Source: an uncultured Thermotogae bacterium (GTDB lineage Bacteria; Bipolaricaulota; Bipolaricaulia; UBA7950; UBA9294). From it: a stretch of DNA of 54,772 bases. The notes below the pieces were generated by a model, which saw only the letters and a list, made by a program, of their open reading frames with translations, did not search any database and was not told the DNA's origin. The DNA is taken from NCBI GenBank assembly GCA_964552295.1, contig CAZKFV010000021.1, positions 1 through 54,772 on the forward strand. The letters run 5' to 3'. Of this stretch, positions 1-8,960 are shown in pieces. Numbering within the stretch: position 1 is the first letter of the stretch; every line of letters begins with the position of its first letter. The translations under genes and the position numbers were made by a program.

Positions 1-1400
1 TCTACACCATAGATGTTGTTGAGCAAAATCCGCTTCTTCTCGGAGGTGGTTAGACGCCAGTCTCCTCCAGGTCCATGGTAGATCTTTGGTTTGCTTCCCT
101 TAGCGTGCTTTTCAGGATCATGCTTCTGATACCACTGCAGGTGCCAATCGAGCAAAGTCTGATAAGCGCCAAGAAGGAACGATCCCGATCCGCAGGCAGG
201 ATCAAGTATCCTGAGTTTGGATACCTTCGTCGGGGTCTTTAGTTTCAAGAGCTTCCCAACAGTGTGCTCGACGATGTAATCAACAATATAGGTGGGTGTG
301 TAGTAAACACCCCCCGCCTTCTTCACCTCGGGCTTATCCTCCACCTTGGCAAAGTGAGCCGGAGTCAGGCGGATAACCTTGCCCAGGAATTGTTCGTAGA
401 TGTGACCCAGGATATCAGCGGGTAATACGGAGAACTCATACGGGCTCTCCGGATAGTAAAGATCGTTAAGGATGCCTTTAAGCACCTTGTCGTCTATCTT
501 CAGATTGAGGCTAAGCTCGTCGGGGGAATCACTGCGATTCTTCTCTTTTTGAAAATGGAACAGGCCGGAATTGTACCGCTCATCGGCCCGGCGGAAGATC
601 TGACATAATCGTTGGTAGACATTCGCCCCGTTTTCCAGGCTCCTCAATTGCTCGTACTTCCCAATGCCTCGATCCTCGCAGATGCGCAAAAAGATTAAGC
701 GGTCGATTGTTCTTTGTACGGCATAGTTTAGCTCTCTTGTAGAAAGATCGGTATTGCGCAGGGCTATGTTTCTGGCCAGGATATCACGCCAATTTTCAAT
801 CTCCTTTAAGAAAGCGTCGTCAACCTCGGCTGTACCACGCTTTTTCTTCTTGGACTGCGCATATTTGTCAAATGAGCCTTTCCTGATCGCCTCGGGGGAG
901 AAGATGGATGAGATCTCCTCCCATTTATCCGGATACTCGTTGTAGGTAATGTACATCACACGGGCAACGGATGCCTTGTCGTTCTTGTTTGGCTTGATGC
1001 GGCAGTCGTAGACTGCAAGCTCCTCAAAGTCGGTAAGTATGGAAAGGGAAAGCTTCGCCGACCACGCGTAGCGACGCAATTGATACGCCGCTTCGGTGTC
1101 CTCCTTGATGTTCACTCCTGGACGCTTTGCTTCCACGAAGAACTTGCGCGTTCCCCCAATGCGAAAGGCATAATCGGGTGCTCTTGTCGCCCCGCCAACC
1201 TTTATGGCATCCTCGTGTACTACGTCCTTGTAGCCTTCAGCGTAGTTGGCTTCGTTATCTATATCCCAGCCCAATGCCTTGAAGAATGGATCGATCAGCT
1301 CACGGCGGACTTGCGTCTCGTTGTAGGCAGTAGACATGTATGCATGGCAGTTCTCAGTGAACCTCTCAATTAAGTCAATGATCTTCTGCGGTGCTGGCAT
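1..1400 (-). CDS. Type IIG (Eco57I-like) fused restriction endonuclease/N6-adenine methyltransferase, 5' part (runs off window edge)
   Basis: Absent from the ORF track (no stop in window). Read by hand from ATG at 1400 after a GAGGAG SD: MPAPQKIIDLIERF...NETQVRRELIDPFFKALGWD...APDYAF...FFVEAKRP (PD-(D/E)xK nuclease), GGVYYTPTYIVDYIV, ILDPACGSGSFL (MTase motif I), ILLNNIYGV at the edge. Confidence 0.92.
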   Translation of the reverse strand, partial: MPAPQKIIDLIERFTENCHAYMSTAYNETQVRRELIDPFFKALGWDIDNEANYAEGYKDVVHEDAIKVGGATRAPDYAFRIGGTRKFFVEAKRPGVNIKEDTEAAYQLRRYAWSAKLSLSILTDFEELAVYDCRIKPNKNDKASVARVMYITYNEYPDKWEEISSIFSPEAIRKGSFDKYAQSKKKKRGTAEVDDAFLKEIENWRDILARNIALRNTDLSTRELNYAVQRTIDRLIFLRICEDRGIGKYEQLRSLENGANVYQRLCQIFRRADERYNSGLFHFQKEKNRSDSPDELSLNLKIDDKVLKGILNDLYYPESPYEFSVLPADILGHIYEQFLGKVIRLTPAHFAKVEDKPEVKKAGGVYYTPTYIVDYIVEHTVGKLLKLKTPTKVSKLRILDPACGSGSFLLGAYQTLLDWHLQWYQKHDPEKHAKGSKPKIYHGPGGDWRLTTSEKKRILLNNIYGV

Positions 1401-1427
1401 TCAACACTCCTCTTCAACTTCTACACC

Positions 1428-1456
1428 ATCATAGCTAATACCTTATAAGCTCACAA
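1428..1456 (-). promoter_or_regulatory. putative sigma70 promoter of RM gene
   Basis: TTGTGA-17 nt-TATGAT on minus strand upstream of the SD/ATG at 1400. Confidence 0.45.
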
Positions 1457-1583
1457 GATGTCGTTTTCCCCTGGTCTGATTGGTTAGTTCAAGACGCTTA
1501 TGCATGAGGTGAGCGGGTTTCCAAAGACGTTAAAGGGTGATCAGTGATGAGTGATGAAAGGCTTACTGCGGGTTCAGGTCGTG

Positions 1584-1610
1584 CAATTTTGCATTGGAAG
1601 CGCAAAATTG
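1584..1610. repeat. perfect 9-bp inverted repeat (operator or weak terminator)
   Basis: CAATTTTGC-N9-GCAAAATTG between the dusB 3' end and the RM gene. Confidence 0.5.
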
Positions 1611-1645
1611 TAACGTTCTGCTTGAGGACACGAATATTCTTCTTT

Positions 1646-2680
1646 TCACTTCTCCTTTAGAAGTGCTTTACGAGTCAGGTTAAGCAATGGCTCGATTTCC
1701 TCTTGTTGCAGAATCTCTCGTCGCAAGTGTGCTGGGCATCCAGCTTTCCGTAGATACTTGGCCAGATGGCCACGGAAGCGATGGCATGCCGCCTGTTCTG
1801 GATAGGGACGAGGGCGCTTTCGTTTGTTGTTAAATTCTGACATTAAACCATAAAGGCCGCGCAGGTGTTGTTCTATGACATCAAGGTATTCCTCTGTTAT
1901 TGGACCTTGATAGTCCTTGCCCGTGAGTCTTGAAGACAGTTCTTTAAAGATCCAAGGGTTGCCAATTGCTGCCTTTCCTATCATTACTCCATCAACCCCT
2001 GTCTTTCTAAGCATATCTATGGCCGCTTGGAGGCTATCGATGCCTCCGTTTCCAATAACGGGAATCGATAACTGATCCTTAGTTCTAAAAAGCGCTTCTA
2101 GATCTACTGGACCTCGATGGCCTTGAGTAGCCAGGCGTGCATGCAAGAACAACGCGCTTGCCCCCGCCTCTTCCACTGCCTGCGCCACTTCCATGATATT
2201 GGCAAGGTCTGCAGAAATCCCGATTCTTGTTTTCACCGTTACTGGTAAGGATACGGCTTCTACCACCGCGCGCACGATGTTGTACAGTAGTTCTGGATCA
2301 CGCATCAAAGCCACCCCAGCCCCCTTACGAACGATTTTGGGAACCGGACACCCGGCGTTGATATCTATCAAGTCAAAACGCTTGAGCCTTTCAACTGCCA
2401 TAGCGGCGCGCGCCATCACGTCGGGATGGGAACCATAGATGTGTGCCGCTATCGGTTGTTCATCTGGACCAGTGAAAAGCAGGTTGTAGGTTCGGGTATT
2501 TCTTCTAACTATTCCTTCAGCGGAGACAAGCTCTGTAAACACCAGGCGACAGTTGTGCTTCAGGCATAGGCCACGAAAGGTAGAGTCGGTGTATCCCGCC
2601 ATTGGGGCAAGTATGACCGGTGTTGGTAATTTGACAGGGCCAATCTCCAGGGGCGAGATCACACTAGTGGCTTCATACAA
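1646..2680 (-). CDS. dusB: tRNA-dihydrouridine synthase B
   Basis: LAPMAGYTD, DINAGCPVPK, VTVKTRIG, IGNGGI, DGVMIG motifs; start codon uncertain. Confidence 0.9.
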   Translation of the reverse strand: MYEATSVISPLEIGPVKLPTPVILAPMAGYTDSTFRGLCLKHNCRLVFTELVSAEGIVRRNTRTYNLLFTGPDEQPIAAHIYGSHPDVMARAAMAVERLKRFDLIDINAGCPVPKIVRKGAGVALMRDPELLYNIVRAVVEAVSLPVTVKTRIGISADLANIMEVAQAVEEAGASALFLHARLATQGHRGPVDLEALFRTKDQLSIPVIGNGGIDSLQAAIDMLRKTGVDGVMIGKAAIGNPWIFKELSSRLTGKDYQGPITEEYLDVIEQHLRGLYGLMSEFNNKRKRPRPYPEQAACHRFRGHLAKYLRKAGCPAHLRREILQQEEIEPLLNLTRKALLKEK

Positions 2681-2703
2681 TGGCTATACCCTATTGTTAA
2701 GCG

Positions 2704-3663
2704 TTATTTATCTGTAAGAGAACAGAAATAAGCGTCAAGATCTACATTGCCACCGCTTAGGATCACTCCAATACGCTCGCCATGTCCGCCCACCGTGCCG
2801 TTTAGCAGCGGGGCAACTGCTACCGCGCTTGATGGCTCGATAACAAGCTTCATCCTCTCCCATACGTAGCGCATGGCCTGCACGATCTCTTCCTCTGAAA
2901 CAAGCACAATAGAATCCACTAATTGTTTTATGATCTCGAAATTTGTCTTACCAAGGGGAGTCCGCAATCCATCGGCGATTGTTCTAGGAGTAAAATCGGT
3001 GATCCTCTCATCTGCTGCAAGCGACCTGTAGGCATCATCTGCTCCAGCCGGTTCGCAGCCAATCACTTGCGCCTTGTCAAGAAGATGCTTTGCGGCAATC
3101 GCCGTTCCAGCAATGAGACCTCCACCTCCAACCGGAGCAAGCAGAATATCAAAAGGACCGTTTTCTTCTATAAGCTCCACTGCTGCTGTAGCCTGCCCAG
3201 CAATGACGTTCAGGTCGTTGTGAGAATCCACAAATACAGCGGATGTCTCTTCTATCACTTCACGTGTCTTCTCCTGCCTGCCTAGTTGGGTGGGCACACA
3301 AGGGATTACCACGCCTCCATAGCCGATGACCGCCTTCTTTTTCACTTCCGGTGAATTGTCCGGCATAACGATCAGGGCCTTCAGGCCGACCATCTTGGCC
3401 GCCAGGGCTAAGGCCTGGCCATGATTGCCACTAGAGTTAGTCACAATATCGCTTGGGGTTTGGTTTTCGAGAAGGGCAGACAGGGCATTGTAAGCACCAC
3501 GGAACTTGAAAGATCCAGCAAGCTGGAAGTTTTCCGCCTTAAGGGCTACTTTGTTGTTAGTAGCTTCATCTAGGGAAGATGAGGTAAAAACGGGCGTTAC
3601 GTGAGAGATGCCCTTTAGGCGCTTCTTGGCATTTTCTACTTCTTTCCACAAGTAATCGATCAT
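2704..3663 (-). CDS. PLP-dependent serine/threonine dehydratase / serine racemase-like enzyme, no ACT domain
   Basis: KAENFQLAGSFKFRGA PLP-lysine motif, SSGNH, PVGGGGL, ILSGGN. Confidence 0.85.
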   Translation of the reverse strand: MIDYLWKEVENAKKRLKGISHVTPVFTSSSLDEATNNKVALKAENFQLAGSFKFRGAYNALSALLENQTPSDIVTNSSGNHGQALALAAKMVGLKALIVMPDNSPEVKKKAVIGYGGVVIPCVPTQLGRQEKTREVIEETSAVFVDSHNDLNVIAGQATAAVELIEENGPFDILLAPVGGGGLIAGTAIAAKHLLDKAQVIGCEPAGADDAYRSLAADERITDFTPRTIADGLRTPLGKTNFEIIKQLVDSIVLVSEEEIVQAMRYVWERMKLVIEPSSAVAVAPLLNGTVGGHGERIGVILSGGNVDLDAYFCSLTDK

Positions 3664-4217
3664 GAGTGTTCCCTAAAAACAGTCTTGCGGTAGTGCAAAA
3701 GCTCCGCTATTGATTCCTGAATATCACTCAATGCTCTATGTTTTGATGTCTTGCTGTTTCCAACTCCGGCTAGGGCGTGTGGACACCAGCGCCTTACAAG
3801 CTCTTTTATAGTGCTTACATCCACATTGCGATAGCTTAAGAATGCATCCAGGCGCGGCATGTAGCGGATGATGAATCTGCGATCAAAGCAGATGGAGTTA
3901 CCGCACAATGGACACTCTCGCTGCGGGCAGTACTGGGAGGCAAACGAGAGCAGCTCGCTTTCTGCCTGCTCAAGCGTCACCGATGATTTACGAACTTCAT
4001 CCAGCAGCCCAGATGAACGATGCTGCTTCTTGCACCAGTCGTCAAGCTTATCCAACACATCATCGGGCTGATAAATGACGAGCTCCGGTCCTTCGGCGAT
4101 AACGTTTAAGTCCTTATCTGTAATTATCATCGCCACTTCTAGAATTACTTTGGTGTCAACATCTACACCGCTGGTCTCCAAGTCTAGCCATACCAGGTTC
4201 TGTCGATCTTTGTTCAC
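3660..4217 (-). CDS. orn: oligoribonuclease (DEDDh)
   Basis: LVWLDLETSG, LCGNSICFDRRF, YRNVDVSTIKEL, HRALSDIQESIAEL. Confidence 0.93.
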   Translation of the reverse strand: MNKDRQNLVWLDLETSGVDVDTKVILEVAMIITDKDLNVIAEGPELVIYQPDDVLDKLDDWCKKQHRSSGLLDEVRKSSVTLEQAESELLSFASQYCPQRECPLCGNSICFDRRFIIRYMPRLDAFLSYRNVDVSTIKELVRRWCPHALAGVGNSKTSKHRALSDIQESIAELLHYRKTVFREHS

Positions 4218-4246
4218 TTTATATCGATCCCCTTTCTGTTCACACT

Positions 4247-4275
4247 AGGATACCACGTAAGCTGTGTACTTCCAA
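4247..4275 (-). promoter_or_regulatory. putative sigma70 promoter of orn operon
   Basis: TTGGAA-17-TATCCT on minus strand. Confidence 0.5.
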
Positions 4276-4299
4276 GGGAGTTACCGCCCTTGTCCTGCT

Positions 4300-4328
4300 T
4301 TGTCTTGTTGGTCGCCAACGTGTAGACT
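4300..4328 (+). promoter_or_regulatory. putative sigma70 promoter giving a leaderless GNAT mRNA
   Basis: TTGTCT-17-TAGACT, ATG 6 nt after the -10, no SD. Confidence 0.55.
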
Positions 4329-4334
4329 TCCACC

Positions 4335-5192
4335 ATGCCTGTTCAGATAACTATGCTATCCAAAACTGATGTGGATCAATATTTAGACCTTTTGCGCCTT
4401 GGTTTCGGTGATGAACTAGGGCTTCGTGGGACAAACATATTTAGCTTAGGCACTACTGCACGGGTAATGCTTTCCATGGGAGGGCTCCCCATGCGAGTGA
4501 TAAAGGCAATCAGCGGCTCTAGTCTGTTTGTCCTAGTGGCAAAGGACGGCGATCGCGTGGTGGGAATCCTTACAGTCCTTGAGGGTAGAATTCCTGCGTT
4601 GATCGGTGTGTATGTTATTAGGCAGTATCGCGCACAAAAAATAGCGTTTGACCTAGTGGAAGAAGCCCTCCGCCTTCTAAGAGAGCACGGTTACTCAAAG
4701 GCTTGTGTTTGCGTTATCCACGATGCTGGAAAGCTCCTTGCGCAGCGGGCTGGCTTTGCTGTATATGATCACACCGATCTGTACGAGCATAGCCGGCCCA
4801 CAGGAATTTCCACCCCTCAGGGCTTATCAGTAAGAACTGCGCGAAAGCTGGATCTGCCGAGACATCCGTTTGACCTTGGACCGTTGAACTTGTTCACTGG
4901 AGTGCGGGTTAACAGAATGGTTGTGGATTCTGAAGACCATGAGACCGTTGCCGCAACGCTAATCGCACTTCCTAAACAGAGTGTGGGAGAGATCCAGCCT
5001 AAGTTACTTGTACCAGGCAGTGAGGACACATTCTGCGCATTGCTAAGTGCTGCGGAGAAATGGTTTTCGCATCTTGGAAGAACTGTGATTAGCGTATCGC
5101 TGCGTGATAATGAGCGCAGTTTAGCTGGTATGTTAGAAGAAAACGGCTTTGTTAAGAGACAATCGTGGGTAAATCTAGAGCGTGATCTATAA
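4335..5192 (+). CDS. GNAT-family N-acetyltransferase, probably tandem GNAT folds
   Basis: VYVIRQYRAQKIA resembles acetyl-CoA motif A; LAQRAGF and LEENGF motif-B-like ends of two domains. Confidence 0.65.
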   Translation: MPVQITMLSKTDVDQYLDLLRLGFGDELGLRGTNIFSLGTTARVMLSMGGLPMRVIKAISGSSLFVLVAKDGDRVVGILTVLEGRIPALIGVYVIRQYRAQKIAFDLVEEALRLLREHGYSKACVCVIHDAGKLLAQRAGFAVYDHTDLYEHSRPTGISTPQGLSVRTARKLDLPRHPFDLGPLNLFTGVRVNRMVVDSEDHETVAATLIALPKQSVGEIQPKLLVPGSEDTFCALLSAAEKWFSHLGRTVISVSLRDNERSLAGMLEENGFVKRQSWVNLERDL

Positions 5193-5196
5193 AAGC

Positions 5197-5234
5197 GGAG
5201 CGGGCTGCAAGCCAATCAGCTTACAGCCAGCTCC
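5197..5234. terminator. hairpin between convergent GNAT and satP
   Basis: GGAGCgGGCTG...CAGCCaGCTCC stem; AAAA on its left gives a U-tract on the minus strand. Confidence 0.6.
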
Positions 5235-5249
5235 ACTGTATTATTCTTA

Positions 5250-5831
5250 TTACTTGCGTACACCCAATGGCAGCACGGTTTTGCCATGTACCGTATTGAT
5301 TAATGTGGCTGCGGAAGCATACCAGGCAATCAGGGCACACAAGACCCCTTCGTAACCGGCAATGGTGTGCACAACAGGAACGAATTCACCAATTGCTAGT
5401 AAGAAGAAAAGGATGGTCAAAGTAATGAACACCCAGGTTATGGCCTTGGGCAGTTTCAGGGAGGCAATGGTTGCGTAAAATGTGAATATACCCCACGCTA
5501 TCAGCACCACTGCGATTCCTGCTGGTGATACATCCACAAATGCCTGTATTCCAGCAAGCCTCAGGAAGAAGAAAAGCGCTAGCCCCATCCAGAAAGCTCC
5601 AAACGAGCTGAAGCAGGTAGCGCCAAAGATGTCCCCCCGGCGCACGTCCCACATTCCAGCCATGAATTGTGCCAGCCCTCCGTAGAGCATAGCTACAGGC
5701 ATGACAATGCCAATTGTTGCTGCATCAACCCACCCAGCATTGACGATGTTCAAAATGAAGGTTGATAGCGCAAATCCCCCCAAACCGAGAGCACCAACAT
5801 TTGCCAGTGCAGGCTTTTCCATTTCGCTCAT
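5250..5831 (-). CDS. satP: acetate uptake transporter, GPR1/FUN34/SatP family
   Basis: LANVGALGLGGFA (variant of NPAPLGL), YGGLAQ, SFGAFW, about 6 TM segments; directly downstream of acs. Confidence 0.9.
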   Translation of the reverse strand: MSEMEKPALANVGALGLGGFALSTFILNIVNAGWVDAATIGIVMPVAMLYGGLAQFMAGMWDVRRGDIFGATCFSSFGAFWMGLALFFFLRLAGIQAFVDVSPAGIAVVLIAWGIFTFYATIASLKLPKAITWVFITLTILFFLLAIGEFVPVVHTIAGYEGVLCALIAWYASAATLINTVHGKTVLPLGVRK

Positions 5832-5841
5832 TTGTTCCTCC

Positions 5842-7800
5842 CTAATCTTTGTAAGAAACCATCTCTTTAAGATGCTCCACGCTTTCGGGGTTCTGCAGCG
5901 TTGTCAAGTCGCCTACAGGATCATTACGCACTAACGCCTTTAACACGCGGCGCATGATCTTTCCAGAACGCGTCTTTGGTACATCACTGACAAAGATGAT
6001 CTCTTCAGGTCTTCCAGTTGGACCGATCACCTTGGTTACTGTGGCAAGCAATTCCTTGCGGATTTCATCAGAACGATCAACACCCGCTTTAAGCAGTACA
6101 AACGCCACTGGCACCTCACCCTTAAGGTCGCTTGGCCTTGATACAACTGCCACCTCGCTTACCTTATCGTTCTGGGCTAGAGCGCTCTCGACTTCGGCTG
6201 TAGCCAGGCGATGCCCGGCAACGTTCATTACGTCGTCCACGCGCCCGGTAATACGGATGTTTCCCATCTCGTCCTTGCGCGCTCCGTCGCTGGTGAAATA
6301 TCGCTCATCGCCATACTCAGTGTAATACTGCGCCTTGAACCGCTCCATATCACCGTAGATCCCTCTTGTCAGTGCCGGCGGGAACGGGTTGAAGATAGAA
6401 AGGTAGCCGCCCTGCCCAGGTTCGAGAACATCACCACCAGCATCTAGGATATCTCCAATAACGCCGGGGAATGGCCTACCAGCAACAGTGGGAATGAACG
6501 GCCCAATTCCAGGAAGGCTGTTAACCATATTTGCGCCGGTCTCGGTTTGCCACCAGGTATCTACAATTGGACATCGCCCGCCACCTATCTTGTCAAAGTA
6601 CCAGAGCCAAGCATCTACATTGATCGGCTCACCAACTGTACCCAGCAAGCGAAGCGATGATAGGTCGTACTTCGCCGGCCATTCGTCGCCCCATTTCAGG
6701 AACATGCGAATCGCGGTCGGCGCGGTGTAAAGCTGGGTAATCTTGTGCTTTTCTATAATCGCCCACATACGACCGTAATCAGGAGCATCCGGAGATCCTT
6801 CGTACATAACACTGGTAACACCGTTCATTAAAGGCGCATAGTTAATGTAAGTGTGGCCAGTAATCCATCCAACGTCGGCCGTGCACCAGTATATATCTCC
6901 TGGATGTAGATCGAAGTTCCACTTAGCGGTGATATAGGATTGGACAGCATAGCCACCCGTTGTGTGCATGATCCCTTTTGGTTGTCCTGTAGTACCGGAT
7001 GTGTAAAGAAGGAATGCCAAGTCCTCGGAGTCCATTTCTTCTGCTGGGCAATCCTCTGAGGCATTCTCCATTACCTCGTGGTACCATAGGTCTCGGCCTT
7101 CCTTCATGGAAGCACTTCCATCAAGCCGCTTGACAACAATCATCTTCTCTACGGGTGTCCCTTCAACTCCAGCATCAGCATTATTCTTGAGATTGATCGC
7201 CTTGCCTCTACGGTGGTAGCCATCGGCTGTAATGAGAACCTTGGCCCCAGCATCTACCATGCGATCCCGCAGCGAATCGGGTGAAAAAGCTGAGAACACC
7301 ACGCTATGCGGTGCACCTATGCGCGCGCACGCCTGCATGGCAATGACTGCTTCAGGAATCATCGGCAAGTAAATTCCCACGCGGTCGCCCTTCTTTACGC
7401 CCAAGCCCTTGAGAGCGTTCGCAAATTTACTCACCAAACGATGCAGCTCTTTATAGCTTAGCTTAACAGACGGTTCCTGTATCGGTTCCGGTTCCCAAAT
7501 CAGAGCAATCTTATCGCCGTTTCCCTTCTCGATCTGGTAATCCAATGAGTTGTAGGAAAGATTAGTCTTTCCGCCAACAAACCATTTATAAGCTTGGGGC
7601 GCAAACTCGTATGCCTTGTCCCACCGTTTGAACCAGTGCAGCTCTTCAGCATGCTTGCTCCAAAAAGCAATGGGATCGCTCGTTGCTTCAGCATAAACTG
7701 ACTCATCAGACACCCACGCCCGTTCCTTCATGGCCGCGTTTGGCCAGAAGACATTCTCCTGCTTTGGATCTTTCTCGACCCATCTTGTCGAATTCGACAC
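5842..7800 (-). CDS. acs: acetyl-CoA synthetase (AMP-forming)
   Basis: YTSGTTGQPKG, ADVGWITGH, DTWWQTETG, GRVDDV, PKTRSGKIMRR; GTG start after AGGAG. Confidence 0.96.
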   Translation of the reverse strand: MSNSTRWVEKDPKQENVFWPNAAMKERAWVSDESVYAEATSDPIAFWSKHAEELHWFKRWDKAYEFAPQAYKWFVGGKTNLSYNSLDYQIEKGNGDKIALIWEPEPIQEPSVKLSYKELHRLVSKFANALKGLGVKKGDRVGIYLPMIPEAVIAMQACARIGAPHSVVFSAFSPDSLRDRMVDAGAKVLITADGYHRRGKAINLKNNADAGVEGTPVEKMIVVKRLDGSASMKEGRDLWYHEVMENASEDCPAEEMDSEDLAFLLYTSGTTGQPKGIMHTTGGYAVQSYITAKWNFDLHPGDIYWCTADVGWITGHTYINYAPLMNGVTSVMYEGSPDAPDYGRMWAIIEKHKITQLYTAPTAIRMFLKWGDEWPAKYDLSSLRLLGTVGEPINVDAWLWYFDKIGGGRCPIVDTWWQTETGANMVNSLPGIGPFIPTVAGRPFPGVIGDILDAGGDVLEPGQGGYLSIFNPFPPALTRGIYGDMERFKAQYYTEYGDERYFTSDGARKDEMGNIRITGRVDDVMNVAGHRLATAEVESALAQNDKVSEVAVVSRPSDLKGEVPVAFVLLKAGVDRSDEIRKELLATVTKVIGPTGRPEEIIFVSDVPKTRSGKIMRRVLKALVRNDPVGDLTTLQNPESVEHLKEMVSYKD

Positions 7801-7987
7801 GATTTGACCACACTCCTATAAGTTGATAATCCTGCGCAATACTAGCCAACTGCGCCCCACGCGCAAAGCGCCCACCACAAAGCTTGTCAGGAATCAATTA
7901 TATCTACTGGATTTGTAAATAGATACTTCTTTCCCATATTTCCTAAGGAATATGAGAAATATAAACTTGAAACCTGACTCGACTCTC

Positions 7988-8016
7988 ACTTTAGTTTAAC
8001 CGACTTGTCCTGTCAA
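7988..8016 (-). promoter_or_regulatory. putative sigma70 promoter of acs-satP
   Basis: TTGACA-17-TAAAGT on minus strand; a second TATAAT lies at 7897-7902. Confidence 0.6.
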
Positions 8017-8335
8017 CTTCTACCTCTAACGAGCTAGGACGTATTTTCGACAGCCAAACAACAAAACATCTTGTCCTTAGAGTGATCTAGCTGTCCATAG
8101 ATATCTTCAGTTACCAGGCACATTTACCACCCGTCTAAAGAACCTGTCTGTCGAAGCAATTGAGCGTGTTGGTGTACGGCGCGCAATTATGAAAAAGCCA
8201 ATCTACATCCTAAGGGACAAAAAGGTACCCTTAACATTACAAGAAAGGTGTAAAACTGCTCGCCCGTTCAGAGTACACACGATGGCGGGCGAAATGAAAC
8301 AGATAGAGTGATAGTCATTGTTTTAGTTGGCGTTT

Positions 8336-8899
8336 TCAATTTGGGATAGCAAGTAAAAGGGGGCCAAGAACCGGGAATGTGTAGAGACCGCGATATACGC
8401 TTTCTGTTTGTTTTACCCTGCGAACATATTCAGCAGTTTCTGGAAAGATCTCCTCTTTGCTCTCCCTCCAGCGATCAACAGCCCCGGGGCCTGCGTTGTA
8501 GGCAGCCAGGGCTGTTTTGATATCAGCAAACCGTCCAATGAGATAATGCAAGTACCAACTACCAAGACGTATATTAGTCTCGGGATCGTAAAGATCATCT
8601 ACATCAAAATCCTCTATCCCGTTTTTTTCGGCAACCCACTGGCCCGTTGTAGGCATTATCTGCATTAGGCCAATCGCTCCTGCTGATGACACAGCTCGTG
8701 GCCGAAAGCGACTCTCTGTCCGTATAACAGACAGAAGTAGATGCAGATCCAGCTTATAGAGTTCTGCCGAAGCAAGTATCGTTGGGCGGTAAGCAAAAGG
8801 ATAGAGCATCTTCAATCCCGCTATTACAAGAACAAGCAAAAGAACTATCACTGCAAGCAACTTTGCAGCCCTCCTAGGAAGTGTTTGTCGGTTCATCAT
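8336..8899 (-). CDS. membrane-anchored lytic transglycosylase (SLT domain)
   Basis: N-terminal TM; IRTESRF, AGAIGLMQIMP, ALAAYNAG. Confidence 0.92.
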   Translation of the reverse strand: MMNRQTLPRRAAKLLAVIVLLLVLVIAGLKMLYPFAYRPTILASAELYKLDLHLLLSVIRTESRFRPRAVSSAGAIGLMQIMPTTGQWVAEKNGIEDFDVDDLYDPETNIRLGSWYLHYLIGRFADIKTALAAYNAGPGAVDRWRESKEEIFPETAEYVRRVKQTESVYRGLYTFPVLGPLLLAIPN

Positions 8900-8903
8900 C
8901 GCC

Positions 8904-8910
8904 TATAATA
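8904..8910. promoter_or_regulatory. overlapping back-to-back -10 elements
   Basis: TATAATA reads TATAAT on + and TATTAT on -, inside the 61-bp gap between divergent genes. Confidence 0.5.
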
Positions 8911-8960
8911 GCGTAACGGAGGGAGAGCAAACGAATGAATGCCAACCAGGGGGCGGTCCT

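Noticed and set aside
754-1373. Plus-strand ORFs 754-945 and 1080-1373
   Set aside because: Antisense shadows of the Type IIG RM gene.
1584-1610. dif site or IS end
   Set aside because: It does not match XerC/XerD arms, and no transposase or partner repeat was seen.
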